A stretch of 64,000 bases of DNA from positions 26,788,848 through 26,852,847 of the forward strand of contig CM120643.1 in assembly GCA_051362555.1 (NCBI GenBank), given 5' to 3'. The notes under the pieces were generated by a model that saw nothing but the letters and a program-made list of their open reading frames with translations, made no database searches and was not told the origin of the DNA. A program made the position numbers and the translations under genes. Each line of letters opens with the position of its first letter. The first letter of the stretch is position 1. Of this stretch, positions 12,601 to 23,009 are shown in pieces. This DNA is from Lingula anatina. Lineage: Eukaryota; Animalia; Brachiopoda.

Positions 12601-15544
12601 TACCTGCTGTACTGTACACTCAACAGAAGTATAAATGAGTAAATTCATTGTGATTGATGTTTTCAGTGTTCTTTGGTCGCATGCTGATGTCTCTTTGGAT
12701 GGGCTCCATAAGGATCTACCTGTTGTACACATGCATGAAATCAAAATAAGTAAACAGTGATTGATATTTTCAGTTTTCTTTGGTCGTATGCTGATGTCTC
12801 TCTGGATGGGGTCCGTAAGGATCCATGAGCTGTACACTGCGGCCTGTGGACTGTATGTCTGCTGGGTGGTGCTGAGACTGGGGGCTGTCCTCTACCAGTG
12901 GATACCACAGGGCTGGGCAGCTATTATGACCAAGGTGAAGGAGTGGACGCTACTGGTGAGTGGACACTGGGTAGTATGGGGAATGAAGGGAGTAACGTGG
13001 GTTTCAAAAATGTCAACATCTCAAGAAGGAAGTTGTCCAATTAATGAATGCACACAATTTAAAATCTTCATCAGTTCAAACCAAGGCAACCCTCCCTTGA
13101 GAATTGTGTTTTATAGAGAACTTGACAAATTAAAAATGTTTAAATTACGCCACAGCTCTCTCAAACAATTGATATCCCCCAAAAAACGAGCATCCTTCCC
13201 ATCACATGATCAGATAGACTAGACTATCCGGACAATTCCAAGTAGCTGTTACCATCAATGATTTCCATTTGTCGTTGCAGGCCCTGAAGTCTCTGATGAT
13301 AGCATTCCTGCTGATAGGGGTGGCGCCACTGTTACTGGGGCTGTTGTTTGAGTTGGTGGTGGTGGCGCCACTAAGGGTACCACTGAACCAAACCCCAGTC
13401 TTCTTTCCTTGGCAGGTAAGGGTGTACGGTAATGACTCTATCTTTTAAATGGGACAAAAATTATCAATATTTCCAACACAATTTTTGTAATAGGATAAAT
13501 AGTAAAGAAAAAAACATTTCTGTGTATCATTTGTGGTGCTTTTTTGTAAAGAATGGAAGTATAAAGTAGCCTACTTTTCATTTTCGTTGCTAACGTTCAA
13601 TGAGAATGCCCTACTTTTAAGAATGCACTATGCCTTAAAAGGTGCAGTATCTCACAAATTCACAATTTTCCCCATTGAAAGAGTGATTCGTTTTCATAGT
13701 TTTTATCTAATTCATTCATATATATCCAATGCCAAAATATATGAGAGGATGAAACAGTAAGACAAATACAAAAGATAACAATAAAAAAGCAAGAATCATG
13801 AAACTTTGAATTTTGACATCTCGTATATTATCCACCATATTTTAACTAGATGTAATTCTTTATTTCTGCAGGAAGTTTCATGGAATTATATTCAGTTTGG
13901 TTAATTATAGATTTTAAAGTACTAAAAGGTTGACTGCAGTCCTTTTTATTCTCCTTACAACATTTGCTTACATTTCATTTTTCACAGTGCTTAGATAGCA
14001 TAGTGTTTCAAAGGGGAAATATTAATATCATTAGTAAGAAAATGCATACAAAATTAATACTTTTCAGTTTAGTAATTGAAAAGTAAGTTTATCCTGTGTC
14101 CTTTGCCTACGTTACCCTCTTTCACTCCAGGATTGGGCTCTAGGAGTACTTCATGCTAAAATCATCTGTGCCGTGACCATGATGGGTCCACAGTGGTGGC
14201 TCAAAAATGTCATGGAACGGGTAAGTTCTGACTGGCATTTTGATATTGGGGTTGTCAAATTTCCTCTTGACGGTGGGTGTTGGGGGGGGGGGGGGGGATT
14301 CACATGCTAAACGAGTTGTAAATCACAGAACAAAATTTTAACCAGCTATGTTTGTATTTCTGTATACAATCATATGATTCCCAGACCAGTTCAACTTAAA
14401 GATTATAAATTTAAAATAATCCATATTAGACATGTGTTTGATATGTTTTGGACTACATGTATACCCAAGTCAGCTCAATTACTGTAAAATGATGATAGAA
14501 ACTCTGTTCCATTAATTTCACCATCTGGTACATATACAATGAAAACACAGCTTATTGTAGTCCAATTTCTTTCCCCAGGTGTATAACGATGGCCTGCGTA
14601 ATATGAATCTCACCTTCATTCTCACCAATCTGTGTATCCCAGTGATAGGCTGCCTCAGTATGTCACTGGCAGCACCCTATGTTGTAGCTAAAAGTATCGT
14701 GCCAATGTTTGGTGAGTATAAAGGCATTCTATACACATATTTTGAAAAAAATCTTTTGGTTTTATTCCAGTGTTTAAATGCTCAGTGTGTGGTTTTAAAG
14801 GATTAATACGGGGTCTTGATTTATTAATTTTAAACTTTTTAAAATGAATTATATTGTTTTTCTTTAATGAGACTGAAAAATTGTTTTATTACTGATGCTT
14901 CCTATCACATTGCCTTTAATATAGTGTGTCACTGGAGTGGAATTTCTATTTTTTTTCTTTGGTGTGTTATGTACAATTGCTGTAGGGCTTATAAATATTT
15001 CTTTATTTACTTTCTATTTATTCACTTTCTACATGTTTTTAGGGGTGGACTTTGAGACAGAGAACCTAGTGTACAGGAGAATCTATCCTTCCCTCCTGAC
15101 CTTGTTGACCTTTGTAGGGTTCTGCACCATGCAGGTGAAGCAGTTCAGAAAACTTTACGAACACATCAAGAACGACAAGTAAGGCAGCTCTGTGTCTTGA
15201 TTCAATAAATTATGGCTCTTTCCTGGTTCAGGTTCAACTCAAGAGGTCTGGGAAACGGGAAGACAAAAGTGTTACAGATTTCTTAACCTCTTGTAGTCTA
15301 ATTTAATTCACAAAAATGCATCAATTGACAGCGTTATGTGATTGGCTTGGTTTGAATACAAGGGTTTCATATTTTGAGCATACAATTTAAAATCCTGCAA
15401 CATGTGCATTTCATTAAGGCAGAGCTAAAAAAATGGTCTAGTACTTACAAATAATCAATCATTGGTTTAGTAATCATGGTTTTTTTTTCACCAAGGTACC
15501 TGGTTGGTCAGCGTCTGGTGAATTACACAAGACCAGAAAGTTAA
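1..15544 (+). CDS. MARCHF6: E3 ubiquitin ligase MARCHF6 (Doa10/TEB4 orthologue), spliced, 5'-partial (RING-CH exons lie upstream of the window)
   Basis: GT-AG exons with matching phases: 1-7, 527-559, 923-974, 4774-4832, 5902-6011, 6285-6399, 6885-7088, 9373-9423, 10028-10128, 11098-11272, 11540-12007, 12135-12204, 12774-12955, 13281-13415, 14131-14220, 14579-14711, 15043-15178, 15496-15544. The spliced product reads LLGLDGSLVFLEHVFWVVSLNTLFILVFAFCPYHIG...EIGIFPLICGWWLDICSL...MFDATLKDR...SDAPVSELSLELLLLQVVLPALLEQGHTR...LYEHIKNDKYLVGQRLVNY, which I recognise as MARCH6. Confidence 0.97.
527..559 (+). CDS. MARCHF6: MARCHF6 exon (LLGLDGSLVFL)
   Basis: tttcag acceptor, gtaagt donor, 33 nt. Confidence 0.93.
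923..974 (+). CDS. MARCHF6: MARCHF6 exon (EHVFWVVSLNTLFILVF)
   Basis: tttcag acceptor, gtaagt donor. Confidence 0.95.
1533..3500 (-). CDS. Intronless TRIM protein (RING, two B-boxes, coiled coil, NHL/beta-propeller repeats; TRIM2/3/71-like class), nested antisense in a MARCHF6 intron
   Basis: 655-aa ORF. C3HC4 RING CPLC...LPCRHTFCKGC...QCPVC; B-box1 CSFC...CITCKDYLCDRC..H; B-box2 CPEH...FCSDCTVPICRDC...H..H; Q/L-rich coiled coil; NHL-type repeats (FPVGIC, FNSPYKVA, RPHGVCVDAYDNILVTD, YPWGC). Lies within intron 975-4773. Confidence 0.93.
   Translation of the reverse strand: MATASDDREESLQAKITEYFVSCPLCLVEYKDPTDLPCRHTFCKGCLKTYISHSTPGSKFQCPVCQKETEVPKDGLEGFTHNSFIERLQDTVLQSTHKKKCSFCVLLSQTETVATSKCITCKDYLCDRCAPFHCATTLTKDHRVLTFQQLHSSEYQKEIQEQQKIFCPEHKGEMIRYFCSDCTVPICRDCRDLNHDGHKLISFEKAAEMVMPKLLTKFCSMEKKFETGEKTIAKIDEILATLQENESFVQQKIKARAAHLHQLVDQREKTLLQELHQTTSTHRNNLQASRKNCSATCSSIKTTTDVVKNILHQGAPIDVLMLQQQLGQRLDELQSTSAVDDIPEELKLTLTITTEVDQEISSGAGLGNVRISSQPALPKLKPKAECMLKFDTGCLRPVDISASPNREYVTTHDMYNKVRVFSSHGTSRQEITSVSGKQLKFPVGICHFPDGRLVLACRDNNKLFILSPQWEVQQTVDVSSPYGVALNDICTKIAVAQHYKEKSVSVFSFDIKGQITLTGVIKDKNGEQLFNSPYKVAYMSNGCLVVSDETPNKLHILTPSGDPLYQYTGPDNKLGRPHGVCVDAYDNILVTDVDNHCMHLVSPDGKFIQYIATEADGLEYPWGCTINKDGDLVVAQRNGKVKVFQYLKKLHSLKC
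4431..4512. repeat. 29-bp tandem repeat, ~2.8 copies
   Basis: unit ggggtgtaccatgggggtggctggatgat. Confidence 0.85.
4774..4832 (+). CDS. MARCHF6: MARCHF6 exon (AFCPYHIGHFTIMGIKVNEL)
   Basis: ttgcag acceptor, gtaagt donor, phase consistent. Confidence 0.94.
5902..6011 (+). CDS. MARCHF6: MARCHF6 exon (VQASQFEGLVTTLTGY...VKFN)
   Basis: catag acceptor, gtaaga donor. Confidence 0.93.
6285..6399 (+). CDS. MARCHF6: MARCHF6 exon (SKRIIGLCYLVVK...GWWLDICSL)
   Basis: gccag acceptor, gtaagt donor. Confidence 0.95.
6416..6589. mobile_element. 174-bp MITE with 8-bp target-site duplication and internal short repeats
   Basis: Direct repeat gtatagac at 6408-6415 and 6590-6597. TIR agggccgtagcgatagtccgaaggttc / gaaccttcggactatcgagacgccccc. 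Internal gtccgaaggttc / gaaccttcggac repeats. Confidence 0.85.
6885..7088 (+). CDS. MARCHF6: MARCHF6 exon (AMFDATLKDR...NDPEFNPIQE)
   Basis: gtag acceptor, gtaagt donor, 204 nt. Confidence 0.96.
7059..7790 (+). repeat. Degenerate ~105-115-bp tandem array, ~7 copies, seeded on the exon 3' end and splice donor
   Basis: recurring aatgatcc(t/a)gagtttaaccccatacaagaggtaagtggtg...cctgccaagatta...acaaattataatt. Confidence 0.85.
9373..9423 (+). CDS. MARCHF6: MARCHF6 exon (MIHLPVLRHMRRFLASM)
   Basis: ctag acceptor, gtaggt donor, 51 nt. Confidence 0.93.
10028..10128 (+). CDS. MARCHF6: MARCHF6 exon (VIFGTTVLLMLWLP...FLPYHIMLS)
   Basis: ttgcag acceptor, gtaact donor. Confidence 0.94.
10137..10351. repeat. 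54-bp minisatellite, 4 copies, starting 8 nt into the intron
   Basis: unit gggaccattcacaatgagttatgtccacctagctaatacacacaaactgtatca at 10137, 10191, 10245, 10299. Confidence 0.92.
10864..11029. mobile_element. Short hAT-like MITE
   Basis: TIR caggcctgtagcc / ggctacgggcctg; imperfect 8-bp flanks tcaataat / ataataat. Confidence 0.65.
11098..11272 (+). CDS. MARCHF6: MARCHF6 exon (DAPVSELSLELLLLQVVLP...YLLGDSPE)
   Basis: ttccag acceptor, gtaagg donor. Confidence 0.96.
11540..12007 (+). CDS. MARCHF6: MARCHF6 exon with expanded GHQGAA repeats (ends IHQALLHQGGPSGYQPFHKPSFFFIR)
   Basis: ctgtag acceptor, gtaaga donor, 468 nt open in frame; the 3' end matches the conserved HQAxLQQGGPxGFQPY segment. 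Confidence 0.88.
12135..12204 (+). CDS. MARCHF6: MARCHF6 exon (MMLLFVLMWSTLFLASLVTLILP)
   Basis: ctgcag acceptor, gtaagt donor. Confidence 0.92.
12168..12314 (+). repeat. 49-bp tandem triplication of exon end plus donor
   Basis: ctatttcttgccagcctagtcaccttaatcttgccaggtaagttaatta x3. Confidence 0.93.
12535..12830 (+). repeat. Degenerate triplication of acceptor plus exon 5' end
   Basis: tttcagt(a/g/t)ttctttggt..ctgatgt.tct.tg.atggg..cc.taaggatc at 12541, 12661 and 12768; only the last is the open exon. Confidence 0.88.
12774..12955 (+). CDS. MARCHF6: MARCHF6 exon (FFGRMLMSLW...HELYTAACGLY...KEWTLL)
   Basis: tttcag acceptor, gtgagt donor. Confidence 0.95.
13281..13415 (+). CDS. MARCHF6: MARCHF6 exon (ALKSLMIAFLL...APLRVPLNQTPVFFPWQ)
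   Basis: ttgcag acceptor, gtaagg donor, 135 nt. Confidence 0.96.
14131..14220 (+). CDS. MARCHF6: MARCHF6 exon (DWALGVLHAKII...WWLKNVMER)
   Basis: ctccag acceptor, gtaagt donor, 90 nt. Confidence 0.96.
14579..14711 (+). CDS. MARCHF6: MARCHF6 exon (VYNDGLRNM...PYVVAKSIVPMF)
   Basis: ccccag acceptor, gtgagt donor. Confidence 0.95.
15043..15178 (+). CDS. MARCHF6: MARCHF6 exon (VDFETENLVYRRIYP...LYEHIKND)
   Basis: tttag acceptor, gtaagg donor. Confidence 0.95.
15496..15544 (+). CDS. MARCHF6: MARCHF6 last coding exon (YLVGQRLVNYTRPES*)
   Basis: ccaag acceptor, conserved KYLVGQRLVNY terminus, TAA stop at 15542-15544. Confidence 0.94.
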
Positions 15545-18500
15545 GGAGTTTTCACACAGGGACCCTATGTCACAGGAGATCTTCAGCCCAAATATTGAAT
15601 TGACCTTTCAGACTTTTACACATAAAGACCAACATTTCAGTCAACTTTTTTGCAAGGTGAATCAATGGAAGGCCAAACAGATGAAAACACCGATTGCTCT
15701 CAAGCAAGATGCACATGGCTATGACTTCATACCAGTGCATCTTTCACTTTCCATTTATCTTAATCTGAAGCAGACCAAATCTTTGAACTAAAGGTTTAGT
15801 GCTATTTTTGGGCTAAAATGTTTTGTTAAATGGACCCCAGGGAAATCAAGACATGACCAGGGAGTATGGAGTTGTGGTGAGAATTGCTGTGGGCTTCGGT
15901 GCAGCAGATTTGTGAAGTAATGGACTGCTTGTGTGTTTAATCAATAAAAAACAGTTGACATTCACAGTGTAAAACCAAACAAACAAACATTGAATCTGTT
16001 AATAGTTACATTGAAAAATGAGATTAATCCTTTTCTGGCATTTTGGAATCCTGGTTTAAATTTATCTTAATCTCAACTAGACTTAAGTAAAGAGATTGCA
16101 GACTGCTTCATATGTGAGCATGTCTAATTGAGATTCTAAGAAAAATGGGTAGGTCTTATTTTTATGAATAACTTGTAATTACATATAATATGGATGCTCT
16201 GACACAAAGGATGTACATAGTTTGAATATATGGTCAACAGGAAGTTGAATGACTTCAAGATTTAAAAAAGAAAAAAAAATGTAATAAGACATTCCCCTAC
16301 ATTTTGTCAATCACCTCAGATTATTTTGTCACTTTGACTTTGGATATTTCACTTAAGGTATTCATCCATTAGTCTTTTGTTGTCTTTATGCCTTTGGATG
16401 TGTCAAATGTCAAACATTTTTGCTGGCTTAGCTTTGTTTTTGCTGTATAAGCTTCGTAATGTATGATGATATCATAGTTTTAATATTAAGTTATCCAAAT
16501 TGAATGCTGGGAAAAATGTTTCCATTAGAATGGCAAAGGGTTTGCAAATTTTTTTTTTCACCTACAATTCCAATCTGTTGTTAAGGAGGGTCTTCCTGTA
16601 ATTTAGTTCTGTTTATTTAGGAATATGCGTAATTGGTGTTTGGTATTATCTCACTGCTGTGCCAAACCTGGCCTTTGGTACCAACCAAAAAGGTGGCTAT
16701 GCCTCTCTGATTCTCTAGTCTTAATTCCGCAGAGGATAAAAGCTTGTACATTAGTCCTCTTCTGTATGTAACCATGTATATTGTTTGTTGTGTGCAATAT
16801 GCCTTGTTTATTCTGTGGTGGGAGGAGGGGGAGGGGGGGGGGAGGGGGATATCACAGGGTGGGCTTGATTACAATACCCCTCTGCCATTGTCACAAGATA
16901 TCATCTTCACCCTGAGGTTCTTATGATATTTTTAGACCTGGTGGTATTTTTCTTTAAAAAGAAACACATCGGTTTTGAAACCTCAGTTGAAGAGGGAACA
17001 ATGAGCTCCCTTCACCCCCCCCCCCCCCCCCCCCCCCCCCCCCGTAGCTGCTTCTGACCTCCAGTTGAAAATTTATAACTGACGAGTTGAAGTTGAACAG
17101 AAAAAGGGTTGCAAGATAATAAAAATAATAATTTTTGAAGGCTGAAGCAGTCCCTGGTGCTAAGTGTATTTATTTACTTATTGTGAGACTTGCATAGAAA
17201 ATTGTAATATGGACGTGAAACATTTGTGTACAGTGTAGAAACCAACTAGACATGACTACCATCTTATCTCATGACCAGGTCTGTTCACTTACTGTTCACT
17301 ACTAGGTTTATTTTACTGTAAGTAAGTAATGTATTAAGCTTTTGGAATTTTAGTTGGGGAAATAAGTTTTAGTATTTGAAATAGTTATTGTCACGGCTGG
17401 TAAGTTTCCATGGTAGACAAAGGAATGCATGTGTCTGTAAGATTTCTCAGCTAATAATGTTTCCTGTTGTCTTCAGTGTTAGAATTTTTGAAGTGCAGAC
17501 AACTGAGTTTTTGTCTATATAGAATCTGGTATATGTCGTCATGTATCCTCTTTTTAATTATGCACGTGCAGCTGGTGAAATTGTTTCCAATCAATTTTTC
17601 CTGGTGTTTTTCCAAGGATACAGGCCACAAAACTCTCCAGCCTTGACTCGAGTCTGTCGAGTGGTTTTCAATTGTGGTATTTTTCCACAAAATAATGAGA
17701 AATTTCTCCTGGCACAGGGGGATTCAAGTTCACAGATGAATATCGATATAACTCCTTGAGTTGGACACTTCTTCCAGCCGAAGGATTTCCCCGCAAATTA
17801 TAGGGTTTGTAGACCTTGGCAACTTGAGTTGAATTTAAGTTTGTCTGCAGTTGAGATTTAGCTTACCTGAAGCTGATTATGGATCAATTAGGGACAAAGT
17901 TTACCCTAATATTTTCCTTCACAAACCTTCACGAATGAGAATAATTAGTCGACTACATGGACCAATAGACAAGTTGTAAAAATGATACTTCACCAAAAAA
18001 AAAAAAAGAAAAAGTTCAGCAATATCTCTATGTAGAAAAATTGATAGCATTGAATGTTTTGTGCTAATATTTAGTTATTTTTAACTTTGTCTTGTATATA
18101 GTTTGTATATATATATATATTATTGTCATCACGTTTGTTATGTTTGACTCGGTTTCAGTATTTCAAAAGGAAAGAAAAAGAAGGGAAAAGCACTCGGCAG
18201 TGCTGAAAAATTGCAGTCACGTGTTTGATTGACAAAAACTGGAGCTGCTAGCATTGCATTAGTACCCTTTATTTAATAGTCGTAATGGAAATTATTAAGT
18301 TGTACACGTCCATTATAAAACGTAATTTATTTAAGGCAGAATGAAGGAGAAGCGTTTCTGTCGCTGCTGTTTTTTTTTGTCCAAAATTAGTAAAAATTGC
18401 TACATTTTGCATAATAATAATAATAATAATAGGATAAATTATTGTCTTTGACACAAAGAGAAACACTGGAGCAAAAGATGCATGGAAAAACTCACATTGT

Positions 18501-20125
18501 GCAATTCTATTGTCATGAATGTAATGAAGAACAATAAAAAATCTCTGAAAACTTTGATGTTGCTTAATGTCAAAGAAATCGAAAGCGCAAATTAATTATA
18601 GATGCTGCGCTGGCGATTTTATGCCGGGAACAATAATTGCAGCGGAATTAGCAAAATGAGACGAAACAAAGATTTTTCTTTCATCCGAGTGTTAAACATG
18701 GTAAGATTGTTCTAATCCCCCGTTTTCACCTGAGTGGACATTTTTATCCCCGTGTAACCCCCACCCGACCCCAGGCCAACCCCTTTCATCCTCCTGTTAC
18801 CTGAACTTTAACGGAAAATACTTAGAAAAGAGAAAAGATACGTTTCTCGGCAGGGATCCGTGGCCTTTGCTTCATTTCGTGGAAAAGAAAGAAACGTGAG
18901 CTGTATTGTAGTCAAAGGAAATCTGAATCTGCGTCGAACGCTGTGCACGGTTTATTATGTACTTAAACCATTGGTTACACAGCTGGCGGTTCTACAGCAG
19001 ATCACTGGGGACTATTATGAGCAGGTCCCAGCTTTTAACTTTGACATATGTGGTACGGGATACGGTAAATAAATAAACAAATGAATAAAAAGAAGAATAA
19101 ATTAATTTTAAAAAAAGATGATTCGTTTAACTTTTTGTGAGAGGGAGAAATTAGGGTGGAGTAGGGGGAAGGGGGGGGGGACACACACCCGCTGTGACGT
19201 CCCTTGGATTTGTAATTCCTCGTCTCAACCTCTTCCGTATAAAATGCTAACTTGTATTAGTATTGATTAATTTGTTTCTGCGATCGACTCCACGTGCGGC
19301 CGCTTACGTGTAGGCATGACACTTCCGCCGTTTCTAGTAAATTATTATCACATCATGCCGTTCCTGTGACGGTTTTCTGAACAAGTGTGGTCGATTCCGC
19401 TACGAACCATCTCTTTATTCGCTGTAGGTTTTATGTGCAGCGCTGTTATGAAACGGGTGTCTGTAAACCGCTTTCTCTCTCTCTCTCTCTCTCTCAACGT
19501 AAAATCGTACCGTTGAGGAAGCGATTACTCATATTGCACAGATCGCGCGTTTTGTCACAAGAAGCACACGCTTAACGTTTCCTTATTTCAGCTATGTGAA
19601 ATACTATGGGTTTGTTTTGAACTGAAGTGGACCGCATTTTGATCTAAAAGTTTCGACTCATTTCAGAGCTGTCTTTGTAACGAGCCGGACACCTACATAT
19701 AGCAATTTCCTGTCCATAATATTAGCAGCTCGGTATCTAATTGTTGTTGCTCGTATTTTATAAATATAGATAAGCCATGGGGGTGGAGCTCTAGGCTTCT
19801 TAGTTTCAAGTTATTTACGAAGTCTGGACGAAGGCCAGTGATTTTAACTCGCACAGGTAAAAATAGAAATATATGCTTAAGAATTATTGCCAAGAACCAA
19901 AGTTCTAAAATGTCAATCAGCCGACGTTGACATTCAATTAACCCGACCTTATTTTTGGATAATAAATATAAATAATATCTTGTAGTCAAATGTTGTTCAC
20001 GTGTGTTAATAATGACAAATTGTTACTAAGCAGAGGCGGTAATTATAATTAAGACAGTTAGCAGTACAGGTGACCTGCAATCATCTTAGAAGTCTGCGAT
20101 TATGCGATCATGCATATACAGTTTT

Positions 20126-20172
<47 letters not shown>

Positions 20173-21821
20173 TCAAACCAATCATAATGACCATTCATTT
20201 TAGGAGTACAGGTAAAAGTGATGCAAAACAAAATTGTTATTTTTTAAAGATGCCATCTAACTCGTAAATCACCCAAAAGCGTCCAGATGTGACCTGGCTC
20301 TTGTTGAGCGAGCAAGGGACGCGATAGCCAGGGAGTTTCTTTCAAAAGTGAAAACAATTCGAGAAATTCGAGGTATACAAACATTTCTCTGTTACAGTGT
20401 AGTTAAGGCAGACGTTTTCATAAGGCCAAGAAGAGACATGTAAGAAGAGTGACGTTCATGTAGTTCGATAAATAGTAAAATACAAAAATTAGAGAATAAT
20501 TTGTGCTTTTGGTTCAGTTAGTGATTTTAAAACTGTTTAGTGCAGTTTATTAAGAGTACACATGTCAAATTTAGAAGATAATCGATCCAAAACGGAACTG
20601 AACTTGGGTCTTTTCATATTCCAATAGACAGAGGCACCCATTGCGCACTCCCCCCTCCCCCAGGCCATCGTTTGACACATTTCCCGGCTATTAATAAATA
20701 TTTAAACCAGGAACCGCCTGTCCCCCCCCCCACTCACAACCCTCTCTCCCAAAGAGAACACAAAACGAGGAGTAGCCCTGTATCTTTTAATAAAAAAAAT
20801 GAAAACACGTATACACTGTACACAAAAACCAAAATACAATAGTCAATAATTTGGGCGACTCTGAACTGAGCGATGGCTGCAAACGTTCTATTTATATGAA
20901 ATGATCTCGTTCGATAAGTCAATGCATTTACCTGGAAATGTGCCTAACAACACAGCCATTTGAAAAAACAAAAATAAACGTACATCACACATTAAAATAT
21001 AAAATTGAGTAATAACTGGTTCTTATTAACAATGTGAGTAACTCTTTACTAAGTGTGTAAATCAATCAATAAATGATAGATAAAAATCAGCAAACAATAA
21101 TATATTGCTGATCAGAAGAATTCATTTTTGAGCGGTAAGTCTTATTCAATTGGCGCGGATAAAAGAAAAAAAAAACAAAAACAATCTGATATTACAAAAT
21201 AATCACGCCTACTTGTTAAGGACCTATCATCTATTTGAACAAAATTGGACCAAGTATAGCAAACTAATTGACATGTCCATTTTAATTCACAGCTTTTTAT
21301 ACAGCATGGATGGAATATCTAAATTCAAAATACAATACTTTAAGTTAAGAAATGAACGTTATAATTTCATATTGAAAAAAAAATTGATTTTTTCCCGAAA
21401 AGTTTATCCTCTTTACTTAAATACCAGTGTATAGCATGACGAAAAAAGTTTTCAAAGGTTCTGTCTATAGATGGGTTTTTGACATCTGAGTTAACATTTT
21501 TGAGCCACTTTCATAATGTAAAAGTAGGTAGCCGGTGAGTTTCACCCGTGAGAAACATTTTCACAACAGTTTTACACAGGGAAATGTTAACATCTACCAA
21601 AAAGTAATAATAAAATAATTTTTTCTTCAATCAACAGCTAATATTGAAATTGTTTACCTGTAATATTCCGATGCCTGTCTAGGGCATCTTCATCAGGCAA
21701 AGGCTGCCATCCAGGTAAATAGCCTCTATTCAGGAAACACACTTAACCAACAATAAATGCTGTCAATATACAAGTTTTAGTGAACGTCTTAAATATTTGG
21801 CGTGATGGTCACTTGCCGTAT

Positions 21822-23009
21822 TCATGGAGAGGACTTCGTAGAGCTCGTCGTACTTCTGGTGCGACCCCAAATGTTGACTTGCTGCTCGCGGACGTTAAAA
21901 CTTGTCGTTCGGAACGACTTAAAACTGGTCAAAGTATGGTCACTTCTGCGTTGCCTTGCTGGCGTACATCTGGTCCAGGTTCGTAGGAACGCCTTCCTGA
22001 ACTCTCTGGAGACGAAATTATAGATGATGGGGTTAATGCACGAGTTGGCATAGCCCATAAAAAGGGACACTATAGATGCCACGACCCAGGCGTGTGTCGC
22101 CATACCGTGGAGCCAGAGAGACTTTAGGATGATGATCACGTGAAACGGCCCCCAACAGACCACAAAAATTGCAGTGACGGTGACGACGAGAACAATAAGG
22201 CGCCGATTGTAGCCAGCGGAGGCAAGGCTCTTGTTCTCTGGGACAGGTCGGTTCTGCCTCAGTTGGTACACGATGATTGCGGTGGCCACGGCCGTGATGG
22301 TGAGGGGCAGTATGAAGTCGACGCCGCTAAAGACGGACAGGAGGAGGTAGAACTGGAAGTCGGTTTCTGGAACCGGCGCACACTGGGCCACCTCCCTGTG
22401 GTACATGGCGACAGGGACGTTAGAGGCAAGCATGAGGAGCCAAATCAACAAGCTGACGCAGGCCGCGTGTCTTCTCTTCAGATACTTGGACGCCCTGATG
22501 GGGGAAACGATCGCACGGCACCGGAACACGCAGATTGCCGCCAATGAGTAGGCGCTGACAGCCATGGTCACGAAGGTGGTGTATTTCAACATCTTGCAGA
22601 GGCCGTCCCCTAGTTGTAGTTCCCATTGGGAGACGTTCACCGCCGTCTCTAATGGGACAACGAAGAGCAAGAAAAGAAGATCTGCAACTGCCAGATTGAG
22701 GAACAGCATATTAGGGCATGTTCGGAGGCTCTTATTAGCCAGAATGACGTATAGAACGAAAGAGTTCCCTAAGACTCCGACCAGGAGAACAATAACGTAA
22801 CAAATTGGGAGCACCACTGAGGCCGTGTCTTTAAGTGTTTGGAAAAAGGGGTCCACTGCAATGGTGAAGTTGTCTGGTGAAGATGATGTGTTACTTGCAT
22901 AACTTACGTTTTCCCCTAAGATGTACAATATGCCGTTATCTCGGTGGTCCAAGAAGACGGAAGGTGCAATAGTTTGTATGTAACTCCTATTGTCATCCAT
23001 ATTCTGCAT
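21822..23009 (-). CDS. Class A GPCR, allatostatin-A/galanin/kisspeptin receptor-like, single coding exon
   Basis: 395-aa ORF with 7 hydrophobic segments: GN (TM1), NLAVADLLF (TM2), GDGLCK..Y...V...VS.YSL (TM3), CWGP (TM6), NSCINPIIY..VSREFRKAF (TM7/H8). A likely 5'-UTR acceptor (ctaat...tttctag) lies on - at ~23341. Confidence 0.88.
   Translation of the reverse strand: MQNMDDNRSYIQTIAPSVFLDHRDNGILYILGENVSYASNTSSSPDNFTIAVDPFFQTLKDTASVVLPICYVIVLLVGVLGNSFVLYVILANKSLRTCPNMLFLNLAVADLLFLLFVVPLETAVNVSQWELQLGDGLCKMLKYTTFVTMAVSAYSLAAICVFRCRAIVSPIRASKYLKRRHAACVSLLIWLLMLASNVPVAMYHREVAQCAPVPETDFQFYLLLSVFSGVDFILPLTITAVATAIIVYQLRQNRPVPENKSLASAGYNRRLIVLVVTVTAIFVVCWGPFHVIIILKSLWLHGMATHAWVVASIVSLFMGYANSCINPIIYNFVSREFRKAFLRTWTRCTPARQRRSDHTLTSFKSFRTTSFNVREQQVNIWGRTRSTTSSTKSSP

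Noticed and set aside
13635-13947. Possible TTAA-type MITE (aggtgcagt...actgcagtcct)
   Set aside because: Termini too degenerate to call from this window alone
15545-18560. Extent of the MARCH6 3'-UTR (aataaa at ~15943 and ~18533)
   Set aside because: Several candidate signals in AT-rich DNA; cannot choose without transcript data
22140-22800. Plus-strand ORFs overlapping the first GPCR
   Set aside because: Expected stop-poor antisense frames of GC-rich coding DNA
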